Shown in pieces: positions 18,521 to 28,667 of a stretch of DNA of 64,000 bases (the stretch's first letter is position 1; every line of letters starts with the position of its first letter). The translations under genes were made by a program, and so were the position numbers. The stretch covers positions 1,369 to 65,368 of the forward strand of contig JAFYPU010000003.1 of NCBI GenBank assembly GCA_017547385.1, written 5' to 3'. Below the pieces are notes generated by a model, which saw nothing but the letters and a program-made list of their open reading frames with translations, searched no databases and had not been told where the DNA came from. Origin of the DNA: Bacteroidaceae bacterium (lineage in GTDB: Bacteria; Bacteroidota; Bacteroidia; Bacteroidales; Bacteroidaceae).

Positions 18521-18690
18521 AGTTGTTGTGTGTTTAGAATGAAAAATACGGCTCAAAGGTATGCGAAACTTTTATGAAACCAAACATGAACCCTGCTTTT
18601 TTTTCTTAAAAGTTTCGGAGAGGACAAAAAAGGCGACAAACGTTTGTGCGGTTACGGCTTTCTTTTTACTTTTACACCGATAAACCGTTT

Positions 18691-18742
18691 GGGAAGGGCA
18701 AGTGAAGAGCCTTTTAAGGCTTGAGAAAAACTTACCTTTCCC
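18691..18742 (+). promoter_or_regulatory. Structured 5' leader of pyrBI (candidate cis-regulatory RNA)
   Basis: GGGAAGGGCAAGT pairs with ACTTACCTTTCCC and encloses the inner hairpin AGCCTTTTAAGGCT. Confidence 0.5.
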
Positions 18743-18771
18743 CATTGCTAACGCTAAACAAGGAATATAAT

Positions 18772-19716
18772 ATGGCGGAAAGCTTAGTTACCATTGCCAA
18801 TTTGACGCGTGAAAAGATTGACTATTTGCTGGAAATGGCGCAAGAGTTTGAGAAACATCCCAACCGGAAGTTGCTTGACGGTAGGGTGGTGGCCACACTT
18901 TTTTTTGAGCCTTCCACACGAACGCGTCTTTCGTTTGAAACCGCAGCCAGCCGATTGGGAGCACGTGTCATTGGATTTACCGACCCTAAGGTTACAAGTT
19001 CCACAAAGGGAGAAACCTTGAAAGATACTATCATGATGGTAGGAAATTATGCCGACATCATTGTGATGCGTCATTATTTGGAGGGAGCCGCCCGTTATGC
19101 CGCAGAGGTGTCGCCGGTGCCGGTGGTCAATGCCGGTGATGGTGCCAATCAGCATCCCACACAGACGATGCTCGACCTCTATTCCATCAAAAAAACGCAA
19201 GGAACGCTTGAGAACCTTAATATATATATGGTGGGCGATTTGAAGTACGGACGAACTGTGCATTCATTGCTGCAAGCCATGCGTCATTACAATCCCACGT
19301 TTCATTTCATCGCTCCGCGAGAATTGGCCATGCCCGAAGAATACAAGCTCTACTGCGACGCTCGCGGCATAAAGTATGTGGAGCACGAAGACTTCAACGA
19401 AGACGTTATCAGCGGTGCAGACATTCTCTATATGACACGTGTGCAGAGAGAACGCTTCACCGATTTGATGGAGTACGAACGGGTGAAGGACGTTTACATT
19501 CTGCGTGAGAACATGCTTGCGAAAGCTAAGGAGAATATGCGCATCCTCCATCCGCTTCCGCGCGTCAATGAAATAGCTTACGACGTCGATGCTTCGCCTC
19601 ACGCTTACTACTTTGAGCAGGCTCGCAACGGCCTCTATGCTCGTGAAGCCATACTTTGCAATGCGTTGGGCATTACGCTCGATGAGGTGCGTGCCGACCA
19701 AACAATTATTCTTTAA
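18772..19716 (+). CDS. pyrB: Aspartate carbamoyltransferase catalytic subunit
   Basis: [35 protein letters not shown] and HPLPR motifs. Confidence 0.98.
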   Translation: MAESLVTIANLTREKIDYLLEMAQEFEKHPNRKLLDGRVVATLFFEPSTRTRLSFETAASRLGARVIGFTDPKVTSSTKGETLKDTIMMVGNYADIIVMRHYLEGAARYAAEVSPVPVVNAGDGANQHPTQTMLDLYSIKKTQGTLENLNIYMVGDLKYGRTVHSLLQAMRHYNPTFHFIAPRELAMPEEYKLYCDARGIKYVEHEDFNEDVISGADILYMTRVQRERFTDLMEYERVKDVYILRENMLAKAKENMRILHPLPRVNEIAYDVDASPHAYYFEQARNGLYAREAILCNALGITLDEVRADQTIIL

Positions 19717-19732
19717 CTCAAAAGATTTCCAC

Positions 19733-20191
19733 ATGAAGCGTGAAGAACTTATGGTGGCTGCCATCAAAAACGGCACCGTCATCGACCATATTCCCAGTGG
19801 CAAGCTCTTTGAGGTGGTGAGCCTCCTGCGTCTTGCCGAAGTGCAGACCGGTTCCATCATGATAGGTTGCAATCTTGCCAGCGGTAAGATGGGAACCAAG
19901 AGTATCATCAAGATTGCCGACAAATTCTTTTCAGATGCCGAACTGAACCAGTTGTCGGTGGTTGCGCCCAACGTAACACTCTGCATCATCCGCGACTACG
20001 AAGTGGCGGAGAAGCGTCGCGTTTCGTTGCCCCAAGAGCTGAAAGGCATCGTGCGTTGCGGCAATCCCAAGTGCATCACCAACAATGAGCCTATGGATAC
20101 GCATTTCCATGTAGTCAGTGCCGAAAAGGGAACCATCAGTTGTCATTATTGCAACAAGGAGCAGTCGCTCGACAGCGTTAAGTTGGTGTGA
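19733..20191 (+). CDS. pyrI: Aspartate carbamoyltransferase regulatory subunit
   Basis: [26 protein letters not shown] and CHYC zinc site; start at MKREEL. Confidence 0.96.
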   Translation: MKREELMVAAIKNGTVIDHIPSGKLFEVVSLLRLAEVQTGSIMIGCNLASGKMGTKSIIKIADKFFSDAELNQLSVVAPNVTLCIIRDYEVAEKRRVSLPQELKGIVRCGNPKCITNNEPMDTHFHVVSAEKGTISCHYCNKEQSLDSVKLV

Positions 20192-20206
20192 TGAGATGAT
20201 GCTATT

Positions 20207-20788
20207 ATGGAAAAACCAAAGCCTACAAAAATAAGTTGGAAGCCCGGCACGATGATTTATCCGTTGCCGGCCTTGCTCATCTCCTGTGGTAGCACGCCTG
20301 AAGAGTATAACCTCTTCACCGCCTCTTGGGCCGGCACCATCTGTTCCGACCCTGCCATGTGCTACGTCTCCATTCGCCCCGAGCGTCATTCCTATGAGAT
20401 AATTCGTCGCAACATGGAGTTTGTTATCAACCTCACCACGGAAGAATTGGCACGCGCCACCGATTGGTGCGGTGTGCGTTCCGGTCGCGACTACAACAAG
20501 TTTGAAGAAATGCAGCTCACACCCGGACCATCCGAGAAGGTGAGTGCACCTATCGTGATGGAAGCCCCGCTCAGCATTGAATGCCGTGTGAAAGAAATCG
20601 TTCCGTTGGGCACGCACGATATGTTCATTGCCGAAGTGCTCAATGTGCAGGCCGACAGTCGCTATCTCAACGAAGAGACCGGCAAATGGAATCTTGACGA
20701 GAGTCTGCCGTTGGTATATGTTCACGGAGGCTACTATAAGTTGGGCGAAAAGCTCGGCCATTTTGGCTGGAGCGTCAAGAAGAAATGA
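20207..20788 (+). CDS. Flavin reductase family protein
   Basis: YPLPALLISCG, CGVRSGRDYNKF, IECRV and LGTHDMFIAEV motifs. Confidence 0.92.
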   Translation: MEKPKPTKISWKPGTMIYPLPALLISCGSTPEEYNLFTASWAGTICSDPAMCYVSIRPERHSYEIIRRNMEFVINLTTEELARATDWCGVRSGRDYNKFEEMQLTPGPSEKVSAPIVMEAPLSIECRVKEIVPLGTHDMFIAEVLNVQADSRYLNEETGKWNLDESLPLVYVHGGYYKLGEKLGHFGWSVKKK

Positions 20789-20833
20789 AATGCTTTACGA
20801 AATAATTCAAAAAACCTAAAACACAATACAACA

Positions 20834-22114
20834 ATGGAACAAGACAAACAGATCTTCCAACTCATTGAAGCTGAACACCAACGCCAATTGCGTGGCATTG
20901 AACTCATTGCTTCCGAAAACTTTGTAAGCGATGACGTGATGCGTGCCATGGGCTCTTGCCTCACCAATAAATATGCTGAAGGCTATCCCAGCAAACGCTA
21001 CTATGGCGGTTGCGGTGTGGTGGACCAAGTGGAGAATATCGCCATCGAGCGCATCTGCCGCCTCTTTGGTGCCGAATATGCCAACGTGCAGCCTCACAGT
21101 GGTGCACAAGCCAATGCGGCTGTGTTCTTCGCTGTGCTGCAACCCGGCGACACTTTCATGGGCTTGAACCTTGATCATGGCGGCCACCTTTCGCATGGTT
21201 CGAAAGTGAACACTTCGGGCATCCTCTACAACCCCGTGGGTTATAATCTCGACCAAGCCACCGGTCGTGTTGATTATGACGAGATGGAACGTTTGGCATT
21301 GGAACATAAGCCCAAGCTCCTCATCGGCGGTGGTTCTGCCTACAGCCGCGAATGGGATTATGCTCGTATGCGTGAAATCGCTGACAAGGTGGGAGCCATC
21401 TTCATGGTGGACATGGCACACCCTGCCGGACTCATCGCTGCCGGAGAACTTGACAACCCCGTGAAATATGCTCACATCGTAACTTCAACGACGCACAAAA
21501 CTTTGCGCGGTCCTCGTGGAGGTATCATCCTGATGGGTAAGGATTTTGAAAACCCGTGGGGACTCACCACACCCAAGGGGGCAGTGAAGATGATGAGCCA
21601 ATTGCTCAACTCGGCTGTGTTCCCCGGCACCCAGGGTGGTCCGCTCGAACACGTCATTGCTGCCAAGGCCGTTGCCTTTGGTGAGGCTTTGCAGCCGGAG
21701 TTCAAGGAATATGCCAAGCAAGTGAAGAAGAACGCCGCTGCCTTGGCCGCCGAACTCACCAAGCGCGGTTTCACCATTGTGAGTGGTGGAACAGACAATC
21801 ACAGCATGCTGGTGGATCTTCGCAGCAAGTATCCCGATCTCACCGGTAAGGTGGCTGAGAATGCACTTGTGGCAGCTGACATCACTGTCAACAAGAACAT
21901 GGTTCCCTTCGACAGCCGCTCGGCTTTCCAGACTTCGGGCATCCGTCTTGGCACACCGGCTATTACCACACGCGGTGCCAAGGAAGACCTCATGGTTGAG
22001 ATTGCCGAAATGATTGAAACCGTGCTCAACAATCCCGAGGACGAGGCTGTGATTGCCAAGATGCGTGAGCGTGTTAACAAAACCATGGAGAAATATCCGC
22101 TCTTCGCTTATTGA
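20834..22114 (+). CDS. glyA: Serine hydroxymethyltransferase
   Basis: [22 protein letters not shown] and [12 protein letters not shown] motifs. Confidence 0.98.
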   Translation: MEQDKQIFQLIEAEHQRQLRGIELIASENFVSDDVMRAMGSCLTNKYAEGYPSKRYYGGCGVVDQVENIAIERICRLFGAEYANVQPHSGAQANAAVFFAVLQPGDTFMGLNLDHGGHLSHGSKVNTSGILYNPVGYNLDQATGRVDYDEMERLALEHKPKLLIGGGSAYSREWDYARMREIADKVGAIFMVDMAHPAGLIAAGELDNPVKYAHIVTSTTHKTLRGPRGGIILMGKDFENPWGLTTPKGAVKMMSQLLNSAVFPGTQGGPLEHVIAAKAVAFGEALQPEFKEYAKQVKKNAAALAAELTKRGFTIVSGGTDNHSMLVDLRSKYPDLTGKVAENALVAADITVNKNMVPFDSRSAFQTSGIRLGTPAITTRGAKEDLMVEIAEMIETVLNNPEDEAVIAKMRERVNKTMEKYPLFAY

Positions 22115-22144
22115 TATTCCACATAGTATCAACAACTATTCTCA

Positions 22145-22179
22145 ACGAGCATCCCATCACCCGGGATGCTCGTTTTTTT
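22145..22179 (+). terminator. Terminator of the pyrBI-glyA unit
   Basis: ACGAGCATCCC...GGGATGCTCGT followed by a T-run. Confidence 0.85.
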
Positions 22180-22291
22180 GTTATTCTTCGCATTTGCACA
22201 TACTTTGTGGCTTTTCTCTATGGCTGAATACGCCTTTTGCAAACTTCGGAAAGGCTTTTTAGTGATCTCAAAATGCCTTGCCATTTAATTA

Positions 22292-22369
22292 TCATGCTGA
22301 TGATACGTTCTTCTCATGCGCATGAGAAGAAATTATCATGCGCATGATAAGAACGTCTCATGCGCATGA
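22292..22369. repeat. Family B 22-bp-phased TCATGCGCATGA array, 4 units
   Basis: Cores at 22292, 22314, 22336 and 22358. Confidence 0.92.
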
Positions 22370-22465
22370 TAATATATCGAAAAGCCTTTTTGCGACATCA
22401 TGAGGTGCTTCCGAGCGGCATACGGAGCACTTTTGCAGAGATTTGCGATGCTTTTTCATGAAAAT

Positions 22466-22504
22466 AAAAACCGCCCACCCGAATGCACTTTCGGGTGGGC
22501 GGCT
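22466..22504 (-). terminator. Terminator of the ZIP transporter gene
   Basis: AAAA-CCGCCCACCCGAA-tgcact-TTCGGGTGGGCGG. Confidence 0.8.
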
Positions 22505-22602
22505 GTTATGCAGAGGATGAAAAGAGCAGGGAATGGAGGCTCAGGCGAATGGAAGCCCTTAGGCTTTGGGGAGTGGAGCTGTGCGAAATGCAAGCTTGGG
22601 GT

Positions 22603-23361
22603 TCAGGCCTCAAACCATTGCTCCACAAAGAGCAAACAAAGGAAGCCGATGAGCAGGGCATAGGTGGCTTGTTTCTGATAGCCGTGAGCATGGGTTTCTG
22701 GAATCATTTCGTCGCTCACCACATAGAGCATGGCACCACCGGCAAAGGCCAGCATGGCCGGTAGGAATATGGCAGAAACACTTCCCAAAGCATAGCCCAG
22801 CCACACGCCGACGATTTCCAACAAAGCAATGGTCAGCGAAATCAGCAAGGTGCGCCACCGGCTCACACCGGCCAGTAGGAGAGGAGCGATGATTACCATG
22901 CCCTCGGGGATGTTTTGCAACGAGATACCCACCGTTACAGTCCAAGCATCAGCCGTATCGGCAGCATTAAATCCCACTCCGGCAGCAATGCCTTCGGGAA
23001 GCTTGTGCAGGGCGATGGCCATGACGAAAAGCAGAATGCGATTGAGTGTGGCATTGTTGGCATGTTCTTCCGGTTCGAGTCCGGTGAGGCGGTGAAGGTG
23101 AGGAGTGATATGGTCGAGCATGTTCAGCAGTAGGGCACCGGCCAATACGCCGATTGTCACCACCCACCAACCGTTGGCACCGGCTTGCTCGGAGGCCGGA
23201 ACAATCAGTCCCAGCACTGCGGCCGCCAGCATCACACCGGCACAAAATCCCATCACCGTGTCGTTCCATCTGTGCGGCAGTTGCTTGATAACAAAGCCTA
23301 TACCTGTTCCGATGAGTGTTGCACCGCACAATCCGGCGGCGCTAAGCCATACTTGTGTCAT
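22603..23361 (-). CDS. ZIP family metal transporter (ZupT/GufA-like)
   Basis: GFCAGVMLAA, AIALHKLPEG, ISLQNIPEG and GGAMLYVVSDEMIPETH motifs. Confidence 0.93.
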   Translation of the reverse strand: MTQVWLSAAGLCGATLIGTGIGFVIKQLPHRWNDTVMGFCAGVMLAAAVLGLIVPASEQAGANGWWVVTIGVLAGALLLNMLDHITPHLHRLTGLEPEEHANNATLNRILLFVMAIALHKLPEGIAAGVGFNAADTADAWTVTVGISLQNIPEGMVIIAPLLLAGVSRWRTLLISLTIALLEIVGVWLGYALGSVSAIFLPAMLAFAGGAMLYVVSDEMIPETHAHGYQKQATYALLIGFLCLLFVEQWFEA

Positions 23362-23566
23362 GAGTCCTCTTTGTTATAAATAGGATGAAGCATTTTGCGC
23401 AAAGATAAGTGATTTTGGAATAGGGGCAAACAAGTTTTTGCTTTCAGTAATCATAAATCCGGAATGCCGTTCGGCAATGTTTTTGCGAAATTGCCATCTT
23501 CTCTCCCCACTTTCCAAACGTCTTTCGTTATATTTGCAATCATAAAACCTTAAAATGTAACAAGCT

Positions 23567-24310
23567 ATGGCAAAAGTGAGAATAATTACAAGCATGGGCG
23601 AAGTCGTGGTGCGCCTTTACGACGAAACACCTCAGCATCGTGACAATTTCCTGAAACTTGCTTCCGAGGGATATTATGATGGTACGTTGTTCCATCGTGT
23701 CATTAAGGATTTTATGATACAAGGCGGTGATCCCGAAAGCAAGGGCGCACCCGGTGGCAAGATGCTGGGAAGCGGTGGTCCGGGTTACACATTGCCGGCC
23801 GAAATAGATGCCGCTCGCTTCATACACAAACGCGGAGCCTTGAGTGCTGCTCGACTGGGCGACGAGGTTAATCCGCAGAAAGAGAGCAGTGGCAGTCAGT
23901 TCTACATTGTATGGGGCAAAACCTACCGTCCGGCAGAATTGCGGCAGATAGAGAAACAAAGAGAAATGCAGCAAGTGCAGCAATGCTTTCAAACACTGGC
24001 TGCTGAGCGACGTGCAGACATCATGAACTTGCGTCGCAACCGCGACCAAGCCGGATTGATGGAACTTCAAGAACAATTGGCCGACATGGCTCGCCGGCAA
24101 TGCAAGGAGAATGGCGGATGCCGCTTCACGGAAGAACAAGCAGAGATTTATATCACCCTCGGCGGAACACCTTTCCTGGATGGCGACTACACAGTTTTCG
24201 GAGAAGTGGAGATGGGGCTTGATGTAGTGGAGCAAATTCAGAACACCCCGACCCAGCGCGGCGACCGTCCCAAAGAAGATGTGCGTATCATCAAGACTAT
24301 TGTTGAATAA
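23567..24310 (+). CDS. Cyclophilin-type peptidyl-prolyl isomerase
   Basis: LYDETPQHRDNFLKL, FHRVIKDFMIQGGDP, SSGSQFYIV and GGTPFLDGDYTVFGEV motifs. Confidence 0.95.
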   Translation: MAKVRIITSMGEVVVRLYDETPQHRDNFLKLASEGYYDGTLFHRVIKDFMIQGGDPESKGAPGGKMLGSGGPGYTLPAEIDAARFIHKRGALSAARLGDEVNPQKESSGSQFYIVWGKTYRPAELRQIEKQREMQQVQQCFQTLAAERRADIMNLRRNRDQAGLMELQEQLADMARRQCKENGGCRFTEEQAEIYITLGGTPFLDGDYTVFGEVEMGLDVVEQIQNTPTQRGDRPKEDVRIIKTIVE

Positions 24311-24352
24311 GGTCAGATGAAAGAATAAGTGCCTGAGTAAAGAATAAACACC

Positions 24353-24925
24353 ATGATAAGCATCACTCCTCTCACACCGCTAAACGAGCCCTGCCATTCC
24401 TGCGGAGATATATCGCATCCGGACGCAGCTCAAAAGAGAGTTTATTATATTCCCACCAATGACCCATATAAGCACATTTGTGCCGAAGTGGAATATCCTA
24501 CATGCCGGAGATGCCGGCAGAAATACTACGATAAGAAGCTATACCGTTCCATAGCTCTCTGTGCTTCGGTCATGCTGCTGTTGTTCTTGGTGGTGGCTCT
24601 CTTATTGCATCCCACCATGGACGCAACGTGGTGGAGTTTCCTGAGTGGCGGTTTGCTTTTCTCCTTAATGCTGTATTTCATATTGAATTCGGCCATTCCT
24701 GCATTTCGCGACCGAGTCATAAGAACGCGTCTTCATCTCACGCTCACCTTGCCACCTTTGGGTTGGAAAACGGAAACAGTGGGAGAGGGCGTAGCCGACG
24801 CTGCTTATTCGGAGGAAGGCATTAAAACAAATCTGGCAGTGCTGGCTCAATACTTCAGAATCAAGGTGGAATATCCTGCCAACGCTTTCAGCAAATATGA
24901 GAACGAAGATAAATCCGAAAGCTGA
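24353..24925 (+). CDS. Hypothetical membrane protein with two CxxC pairs and two TM helices
   Basis: 190 aa ORF; CHSC...CRRC followed by two hydrophobic segments. Confidence 0.65.
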   Translation: MISITPLTPLNEPCHSCGDISHPDAAQKRVYYIPTNDPYKHICAEVEYPTCRRCRQKYYDKKLYRSIALCASVMLLLFLVVALLLHPTMDATWWSFLSGGLLFSLMLYFILNSAIPAFRDRVIRTRLHLTLTLPPLGWKTETVGEGVADAAYSEEGIKTNLAVLAQYFRIKVEYPANAFSKYENEDKSES

Positions 24926-25070
24926 GTCTCTCGCAATTCACCCTGCTTTTGCATTTCATGCTTCTATGTATTCGGCGTGAGATGAATGCTTGATGCGAGT
25001 GTGTCTGTCGTATCTGTGATTGCTCAAAGTTCGGATACAAAAAAGGGAGAACCGTTTCCGATTCTCCCTG

Positions 25071-25153
25071 TGGGCAAAGATGGATTCGAACCACCGAAGG
25101 CGTAAGCCAGCAGATTTACAGTCTGCCCCATTTGGCCACTCTGGTATTTGCCC
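25071..25153 (-). tRNA. tRNA-Tyr (GTA)
   Basis: GGGCAAATACCAGAGTGGCCAAATGGGGCAGACTGTAAATCTGCTGGCTTACGCCTTCGGTGGTTCGAATCCATCTTTGCCCA; long variable arm; own TACCTTTG promoter and a downstream hairpin. Confidence 0.97.
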
Positions 25154-25180
25154 TCCTTAATTGTGATGCAAAGGTATGCC

Positions 25181-25675
25181 TTATTTTTGTAACTGCCAAG
25201 CAAAATCAACCATTTTTATTGCAGTGGCAGCAAATTCCTCGCCTTTGTTGCCCACAGCACCGCCGCTACGTTCTTCAGCTTGTGCTTCTGTGTTGACGGT
25301 GAGCAAGCCGTTGATGACGGGAATGTTGCCGGCTTGATTGAGCATGGCAAGTCCGTTTGTAGTGCCTTGACAGATGTAATCGAAGTGTGGGGTGTCGCCT
25401 TTGATAACGCATCCGATAGCTATCACGGCATCAACGAAACCATGTTGAGTCAGTTGTGAGCATCCATAGATAAGCTCGAAACTACCGGGAACATGCATCA
25501 CGGTGATGCTATGTTCGCCAACTCCGTTTTTGCGAAGCGTTTCGACGGCTCCTTGAAGCAATTTGTCGGTAATGTGGCTGTTCCATTCGGCCACCACAAT
25601 GCCAAAGCGCATTTCTGAAGCATCGGGGAGATTGTTCTCTCCCTTAGCCATAAAAGAGTATTGTTGTGCTGACAT
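25181..25675 (-). CDS. ribH: 6,7-dimethyl-8-ribityllumazine synthase
   Basis: [29 protein letters not shown] and GNKGEE motifs. Confidence 0.96.
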   Translation of the reverse strand: MSAQQYSFMAKGENNLPDASEMRFGIVVAEWNSHITDKLLQGAVETLRKNGVGEHSITVMHVPGSFELIYGCSQLTQHGFVDAVIAIGCVIKGDTPHFDYICQGTTNGLAMLNQAGNIPVINGLLTVNTEAQAEERSGGAVGNKGEEFAATAIKMVDFAWQLQK

Positions 25676-25690
25676 TTTCGGCTCTACTCT

Positions 25691-26398
25691 TTATTGAGAT
25701 ACGCGTTCGATGTATTTTTCGATTTCGGGCGCGATGATCATACCATTTTGCTGTACGGGCGAAGCCTGAGTGCAAGTGGGATAATCATTCTTCACTTTGT
25801 TATAGAGTTCGAGTGCTTCTTCGTTTTTCTTTTGGCTTTCAAGCAACTTACCGGCTTCGATGAGGAAAGCGGGACTGAGGCTCACGTTGTTGGCCATGTC
25901 GGCAGCTTTTTTGAATGTGGCAATGGCTTTGTCCACTTGTCCGTCGGTGGCATAGCAGTTGGCCAAAGCACCGAGCGCTGCAGGCGAAACGGTTTCGTCG
26001 CCTTGTGTGCTGAAGCTTTCGAAGCTCTTGATGGCTTCCTTGGTCTTGCCGAGGTTGGCATAGCAGATACCGGCATAAATGTTAGCCAAGTTTCCAGCGT
26101 CTGTGATGGAGTATTCAGAAGCTATCTTGGCGTAACCGGGATATGTTTTCTTGTCTCCGTTGAGAGCTGTCTCAAAGTCTCCGCTTGTGAGATACTTCAG
26201 ACCTTGTGCGCTGAGGGCGCTGGCCTTTTCCTCACGGGGTTGGAGATAACCGTATTTGAATGCAAAGAAACCGCCTACCACAACGAGGATGGCTACTGCG
26301 GCAATGATGATGGTTTTCTTGTACTTGATAACGAATGCTTCAGAGTTTGAGATGGCTTCGTTTACGTTCAGGGTTTGCTTGTTGTTTTCGGGTTTCAT
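25691..26398 (-). CDS. Membrane-anchored TPR protein (YfgM-like)
   Basis: N-terminal TM segment, AGNLANIYAG and TPR-like helices; position between ribH and recF is typical of Bacteroidales. Confidence 0.85.
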   Translation of the reverse strand: MKPENNKQTLNVNEAISNSEAFVIKYKKTIIIAAVAILVVVGGFFAFKYGYLQPREEKASALSAQGLKYLTSGDFETALNGDKKTYPGYAKIASEYSITDAGNLANIYAGICYANLGKTKEAIKSFESFSTQGDETVSPAALGALANCYATDGQVDKAIATFKKAADMANNVSLSPAFLIEAGKLLESQKKNEEALELYNKVKNDYPTCTQASPVQQNGMIIAPEIEKYIERVSQ

Positions 26399-26666
26399 TT
26401 TATTGTTGTTTTTTGTTTTCTGAATGAGTGTGATAGATTGCTTTGTGCTCCGCAAGATTTGGGGCACTGATTTTGCAGCGCAAAAGTAGCACTTTCCGAT
26501 TATTTATTAAAAGAAAACGTGCTTTTTTTTGAGTTTGAGCAAATTTAGGTTTGCTTTTGCTGTTTTTCCATTGTCTGTTTGCTGTTTTCAATTCCCTGAG
26601 CATGGGGAGAAACTTAGCATGAAAAAGAAAAGCAAAGCATACCTTTATCTTGCTTACGTATTGTAG

Positions 26667-26843
26667 TACCTTTTAATAAGGTAGGATGCGGTTCGGGAAA
26701 TCGATTTCAAAAATCGTTCCGCTTTTTAATCGCTTTCCACTCACCTTTCACTACCTTTCAATAAGGTAGGATGCGGTTCGGGAAATCGTTTTCAAAAATC
26801 GTTCCGATTTTTAATCGCTTTCCACTCACCTTTCACTACCTTT
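26667..26843. repeat. 85-bp tandem duplication overlapping the recF promoter
   Basis: Copies start at 26667 and 26752 with about 3 substitutions; a third TACCTTT starts at 26837. Confidence 0.95.
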
Positions 26844-26868
26844 GCCAACAGATATCAAACGATTAGGA

Positions 26869-28014
26869 ATGATTTTAGAAAATCTCAACATAATTAATTA
26901 TAGAAACATCGCACAAGCTGAGCTTTCGTTCTCGCCGAAAGTGAATTGCTTTGTGGGCGCCAACGGAATGGGAAAGACCAATGTGCTTGATGCCATATAT
27001 TATCTGTCGTTTTGCAAGAGTGCTTTGAGTGCGCAGGATGCTCCCAACATTCGCCACGGTGAAGAGTTCTTTATGCTGCAGGGCGACTATAAGGATGATG
27101 AGGGTGTTTGTCTGAAAGTGCATTGTGGCGTGAAAGCCGGTCAACGAAAGCGTATTAAGCGTGATGACAAGGAGGTGAAGCGTGTAACCGAGCACATCGG
27201 ACAAATCCCCCTGGTCTTAATTTCGCCGGCCGATTCGATGCTTATCACAGGGGGCAGCGAGGAACGCAGACGCTTTATGGATATGGTGATTTCGCAAAAC
27301 GACATTCCGTATCTTGAGGCCGTGATGCGCTACAACAAGGCTTTGCAGCAACGCAATGCTTTGTTGAAGCAGGAGGCTGAGCCGGACGCAAGCGTGATGG
27401 ATGTGCTGGAGGAGATGATGTCGCTCGATGCCGAGTTGATTTACAATCGTCGCAAGGCCTTTGTGGAAGAATTTGTGCCCATCTTCAGTGAAATATATTC
27501 GGAACTGTGTAACAATTCGTGCGAGCAGCCCGGTGTGGAGTATGTTTCGCATGGTGCTCGTGGTCCTTTGGCTCCCCAACTTCGTGAGTGGAGAGTGAAG
27601 GAACGCATTGTGGGATATTCGTTGCATGGAGTGCACAAAGACGATTTGAACCTGACTTTCAATGGTTATGCCTTGAAACGAGAAGGCTCGCAAGGACAGA
27701 GCAAAACTTATTTCATTGCGATGAAGTTGGCACAATATGTGTTCTTGCGTCGCAAAGGTCATCAGCGCACTCCCTTGTTGCTGTTGGATGATATTTTCGA
27801 CAAACTTGATGCAGGCCGGGTGGAGCGCATCGTGAGCTATGTTTCGGGAACTGAGTTCGGACAGTTGTTTATCACCGATACCAACCGCGAGCACACTTCA
27901 CGCATCTTGGCAGAGGCCGGCCACGACTATCGGCTGTTCACTTTGCAGTCGGGTGAAATCCTTTTGTCTGCGAAGCCCAATCAGATAAGTGGGCACGAAA
28001 AGGAGAGTGTTTAG
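26869..28014 (+). CDS. recF: DNA replication/repair protein RecF
   Basis: GANGMGKTNVLDAIYYLS, GSEERRRFMD, GSQGQ and LLLDDIFDKLD motifs. Confidence 0.97.
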   Translation: MILENLNIINYRNIAQAELSFSPKVNCFVGANGMGKTNVLDAIYYLSFCKSALSAQDAPNIRHGEEFFMLQGDYKDDEGVCLKVHCGVKAGQRKRIKRDDKEVKRVTEHIGQIPLVLISPADSMLITGGSEERRRFMDMVISQNDIPYLEAVMRYNKALQQRNALLKQEAEPDASVMDVLEEMMSLDAELIYNRRKAFVEEFVPIFSEIYSELCNNSCEQPGVEYVSHGARGPLAPQLREWRVKERIVGYSLHGVHKDDLNLTFNGYALKREGSQGQSKTYFIAMKLAQYVFLRRKGHQRTPLLLLDDIFDKLDAGRVERIVSYVSGTEFGQLFITDTNREHTSRILAEAGHDYRLFTLQSGEILLSAKPNQISGHEKESV

Positions 28015-28047
28015 TTTTGCAACATCCTATCATCACTAAAGAAGCAC

Positions 28048-28338
28048 ATGAAACGCCGCGAAGCACAAACCATCACCCAACTCATCCATCATTATTTGCG
28101 TGAGGAAGGACTCGAAACGCCGCTCAATCAGCATCGGCTCATTGCGGCATGGCCCGAAGTGGCAGGAAAAGTGGTGGCTAAGTATACGCGTGATTTGTCC
28201 ATTCGTAATCAAGTTTTGGTGGTGCATCTGAGTTCTGCAGCTTTGCGTGCAGAATTGCAGATGCGGCGAGCCGAACTGATGAAACAACTGAATGAGAAGG
28301 TGGGCAGTGTCGTTATTTACGACATAAAGTTCGTGTGA
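28048..28338 (+). CDS. DUF721/DciA family protein
   Basis: GLETPL...WPEVAG...LSSAALRAELQM; follows recF. Confidence 0.9.
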   Translation: MKRREAQTITQLIHHYLREEGLETPLNQHRLIAAWPEVAGKVVAKYTRDLSIRNQVLVVHLSSAALRAELQMRRAELMKQLNEKVGSVVIYDIKFV

Positions 28339-28364
28339 GGGAATGGAGTAGGGAAGAAGCATTT

Positions 28365-28423
28365 TCTGCAAGCACTGCAGATTTTTCTACAAGCACTGCA
28401 AAAAATTCTACAAGCACTGCAGA
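28365..28423. repeat. Family A 21-bp-phased palindrome array, 3 direct units
   Basis: TCT(G/A)CAAGCACTGCA(G/A)A at 28365, 28386 and 28407. Confidence 0.92.
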
Positions 28424-28550
28424 AATACCGCTGTGCGGATTACCGTTTGGCATATCTCAATGCTCTTTCTTGAAATTTGTTTTATGAAAAATGTGTAAGG
28501 CTCAACGCATTCAGTTTGTTTCTTGTTTGTTATTGGAGAATGAGTGATAA

Positions 28551-28637
28551 GAACCTCTCACCCTAATCAAAAAAACGGTATCAGCCTTTTTGTTACAAGG
28601 CAATCATCATTGATCTTTTGTTTCGGGAGAGAGGTTC
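28551..28637. repeat. 87-bp element with 22-bp imperfect terminal inverted repeats (MITE/REP-like)
   Basis: GAACCTCTCACCCTAATCAAAA ... TTTTGTTTCGGGAGAGAGGTTC (19/22 complementary). Confidence 0.55.
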
Positions 28638-28667
28638 AATCTGTCTTCGCTTTAGCAACGTTTGTTC

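Noticed and set aside
22292-22369. Family A/B arrays as mini-CRISPR arrays
   Set aside because: Repeats are 12-17 bp with 4-10-bp linkers that recur between loci. They are far too short for spacers, and there are no cas genes or leader.
25039-25153. Prophage or ICE integrated at tRNA-Tyr
   Set aside because: No duplicated tRNA 3' end, integrase or phage/conjugation genes in the window.
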